Assembly: GCA_040954595.2 (NCBI GenBank)
Contig: CM082585.2
Coordinates: forward strand, 7,217,808-7,281,807
DNA length: 64,000 nt
Direction: 5' to 3'
Source of the DNA: Balanoglossus misakiensis
Taxonomy: Eukaryota > Animalia > Hemichordata
Shown: positions 62,029-64,000 of the stretch, in pieces
Position numbering within the stretch: the stretch's first letter is position 1
Layout of the letters: each line of letters starts with the position of its first letter
Position numbers and translations under genes: made by a program
The notes under the pieces: generated by a model
What the model was told of the DNA's origin: nothing
The model's input: only the letters and a program-made list of their open reading frames with translations
Database searches by the model: none

Positions 62029-63924
62029 TTAATTGGTCTGGTTAAGTACTTTCACACAACCCATGTTACTATCTGCCACAACGACTCGAAGTTGACCGTC
62101 GAGGACCACAGTGTCGATGCCGCGCGGGTCTTGGATGAAGTCGCCGTCGGCTCCGTCCACACGGTCCAGGAATGTGCCGTCGGGTCCGAGGATGAGGACC
62201 CGGCGGTGGCTGGACACGAGGATGTTGTTGTGAGGGTCGCAGGTGATCGACCTCGGGGCCAGGATGTGGCCGTCGTCCAGACTGGAGGGTCCGAACTCGT
62301 AGATGAATTCGCCGCTGGCGTCGAAGACGCAGATTCGATACTTTGACGTCTCGTCCTGGTCGGTGACGATCACTTGATTCCAGCCGTTCACGGCGATGTG
62401 CTGCGGGTTCCTGAGTCTCCCCGGGCCGTCGCTGTGGTGGCCGATGTAGTGGAGGCATTTGCCGCTGAGGCTGAACACCACCACGCGGCACGCCTTGTTG
62501 TCGACCACGTAAATCCTGCCGTCTTTGCCGGCGGCGATGCCGGCCGGGCTGCGCAGAGGCGAACCACCGCACCGTCGTTTGATGCGCCCTTCCATGGAGC
62601 AGATGAAGACCCTCTTGCTGGTGAGATCCGTGATGCCGATTTCTTCTTCGTTGACGACGGTGATGTCGAAGGTGTTGACGGGCCAGGGTTTGTTCGACGT
62701 GAAGCTCGGTCTGAAGTGCCTGAGAAACTCGCCCCTGGAGTTGAACACGTGCACCTGTTCGGTGCTGTCCACGACAAACATGGTACCCCTGCCGGAGACA
62801 GCGATGGCGTGCGGATACTCTAAAGTTCTAGTCGTCCAGTTGTACGAGCACCAGAATTTATCGATTGTGAAAAGGACGCGGAACTTCGGAACGAACGTGG
62901 ACTTTTTGCTGTTGGCACCGAGGAGGCCTGGAGACGGCGGGGGCTCGAGGTTCTTCTCCACGGCTATGGTGCCGATGTGAGTCGTGCTGAACTGGTTCAA
63001 GAACTCGTCATTGCTGGTAAACTTCAGCGAACAGGAAATTTCCGACACGGGAGTTTGGTCGTCCGTCTTCATCTCGAGCCGCTGGAAGTTCTCCCTGATG
63101 GCCTTCTCTCGCTGAATGAAATCAAGATCGCTGCTGCAGTTAAGAGTGCCGTCGACGAATTCTGACCAAGCCATCCACATCGGCAGCTGGGCTTTCTCTT
63201 TCTCCTCCTGATACAGGTTGAGAACTTCATCAAACTGCTCATCCAGCTCGTTCAGTAGTTTGATCTCATACTTCTGGACCAAGTCTATACTCAGGTCACA
63301 GTGACCCCGGATGTGACTGTCCGCTATGTCCTTGTCTTTGTCCAGTTGATCTTCCAGGGACTTGAGCGAGGTGACCTTCTGCTGCGCTCTCCAGACCTTG
63401 GTGTCCAGCTTGTCCCTAACGGTGAGCAGGCGCCGCCGTCTCTCCGCGCAGGCTTCCGTCAAGTCGATGACGTCGTGCCCCAGGTGCTCGGCCTCCGAGG
63501 AGCACTGCTGGCAGAGGGGCGTGGAGCAGGTCTCGCAGAAAACGATCATCTCGGCCCCCGCGTGGTGGGCACAAAACGGCGACGAAGGAATACTGGAGGT
63601 TGAATGGAGAGGGTGCAGGATGTCGAAGTTGGTCGGCGCCGCCTGCGCGTTATGCTCCTGGTGCATGCTGACGAGCTCAAGCAGATTTTTCGTCAAGAGA
63701 CTGTCCGGAAGGCCGTCGACTCCCTGACTGCTCAACTTCTGCTCGCAACGACAGATGGGACAGTGAAGCTTGCCCGACTTCTTCGACACCCACTTCTGCA
63801 GGCAGCCCGCGCAGAACACGTGCTGGCATGGCAACGACTTCGGGGAGGAATATCGCTCCCTGCACGTCGGGCAGCGAAGGAACTCGTCGTCCAATTCTTC
63901 AATGGGAATTGCGTTCGACGCCAT
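62029..63924 (-). CDS. Tripartite motif TRIM-NHL protein (RING, B-box, coiled coil, NHL repeats; TRIM2/3-like), intronless CDS, 631 aa
   Basis: RING CPTC...LPCQHVFCAGC...CPIC; B-box CAHH...FCETC...CQQC...HLGH; helical middle region; NHL repeats YPHAIAV, SPAGIAA, NPQHIAV, APRSITC, DPRGID. Confidence 0.93.
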   Translation of the reverse strand: MASNAIPIEELDDEFLRCPTCRERYSSPKSLPCQHVFCAGCLQKWVSKKSGKLHCPICRCEQKLSSQGVDGLPDSLLTKNLLELVSMHQEHNAQAAPTNFDILHPLHSTSSIPSSPFCAHHAGAEMIVFCETCSTPLCQQCSSEAEHLGHDVIDLTEACAERRRRLLTVRDKLDTKVWRAQQKVTSLKSLEDQLDKDKDIADSHIRGHCDLSIDLVQKYEIKLLNELDEQFDEVLNLYQEEKEKAQLPMWMAWSEFVDGTLNCSSDLDFIQREKAIRENFQRLEMKTDDQTPVSEISCSLKFTSNDEFLNQFSTTHIGTIAVEKNLEPPPSPGLLGANSKKSTFVPKFRVLFTIDKFWCSYNWTTRTLEYPHAIAVSGRGTMFVVDSTEQVHVFNSRGEFLRHFRPSFTSNKPWPVNTFDITVVNEEEIGITDLTSKRVFICSMEGRIKRRCGGSPLRSPAGIAAGKDGRIYVVDNKACRVVVFSLSGKCLHYIGHHSDGPGRLRNPQHIAVNGWNQVIVTDQDETSKYRICVFDASGEFIYEFGPSSLDDGHILAPRSITCDPHNNILVSSHRRVLILGPDGTFLDRVDGADGDFIQDPRGIDTVVLDGQLRVVVADSNMGCVKVLNQTN

Positions 63925-64000
63925 GATGAGTAGCTAGGTCCAGCTGTTAGCTGTGTTGTTCAGAAACTGTAATGAAAACGAGAAATATGATACCTTAAGT

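Noticed and set aside
61924-63933. Antisense and alternative-frame ORFs over the TRIM gene
   Set aside because: Expected from GC-rich codon usage; no independent evidence.

Overview
Eukaryotic, intron-rich animal genomic DNA; the gene content suggests a marine invertebrate deuterostome (inference). There are no prokaryotic systems, CRISPR arrays or rRNA genes, and no tRNA was recognised. The ORF track is fragmentary because genes are spliced, so I rebuilt the models by hand from splice sites and reading phase. In order, the window holds: the 3' end of a + strand gene (1-255); a - strand type I membrane protein with 13 LDL-receptor class A (LDLa) modules, one per exon (902-7409); a - strand 3xLDLa protein with a GPI-anchor-like tail (8810-10332); a divergent + strand CUB-CUB-LDLa-TM (Neto-like) gene (12303-15132); a - strand ~2078-aa protein with a possible degenerate PD-(D/E)XK-like N-terminal domain and a huge disordered tail in one 6.15-kb exon (17288-25859); a 3-exon kisspeptin-receptor-like GPCR (26780-29840, -); nine tandem secreted pancreatic-lipase-family genes lacking the PLAT domain, with variable mini-lids (31662-58243, +); and an intronless TRIM-NHL gene (62029-63924, -). 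Several MITEs, microsatellites and local duplications are also present. The best leads are the mini-lid lipase array, the nuclease-fold giant scaffold, the LDLa-only receptor pair, a DR4/E-box motif cluster between divergent genes, and inverted MITEs flanking a transmembrane exon. All functional roles are inference.
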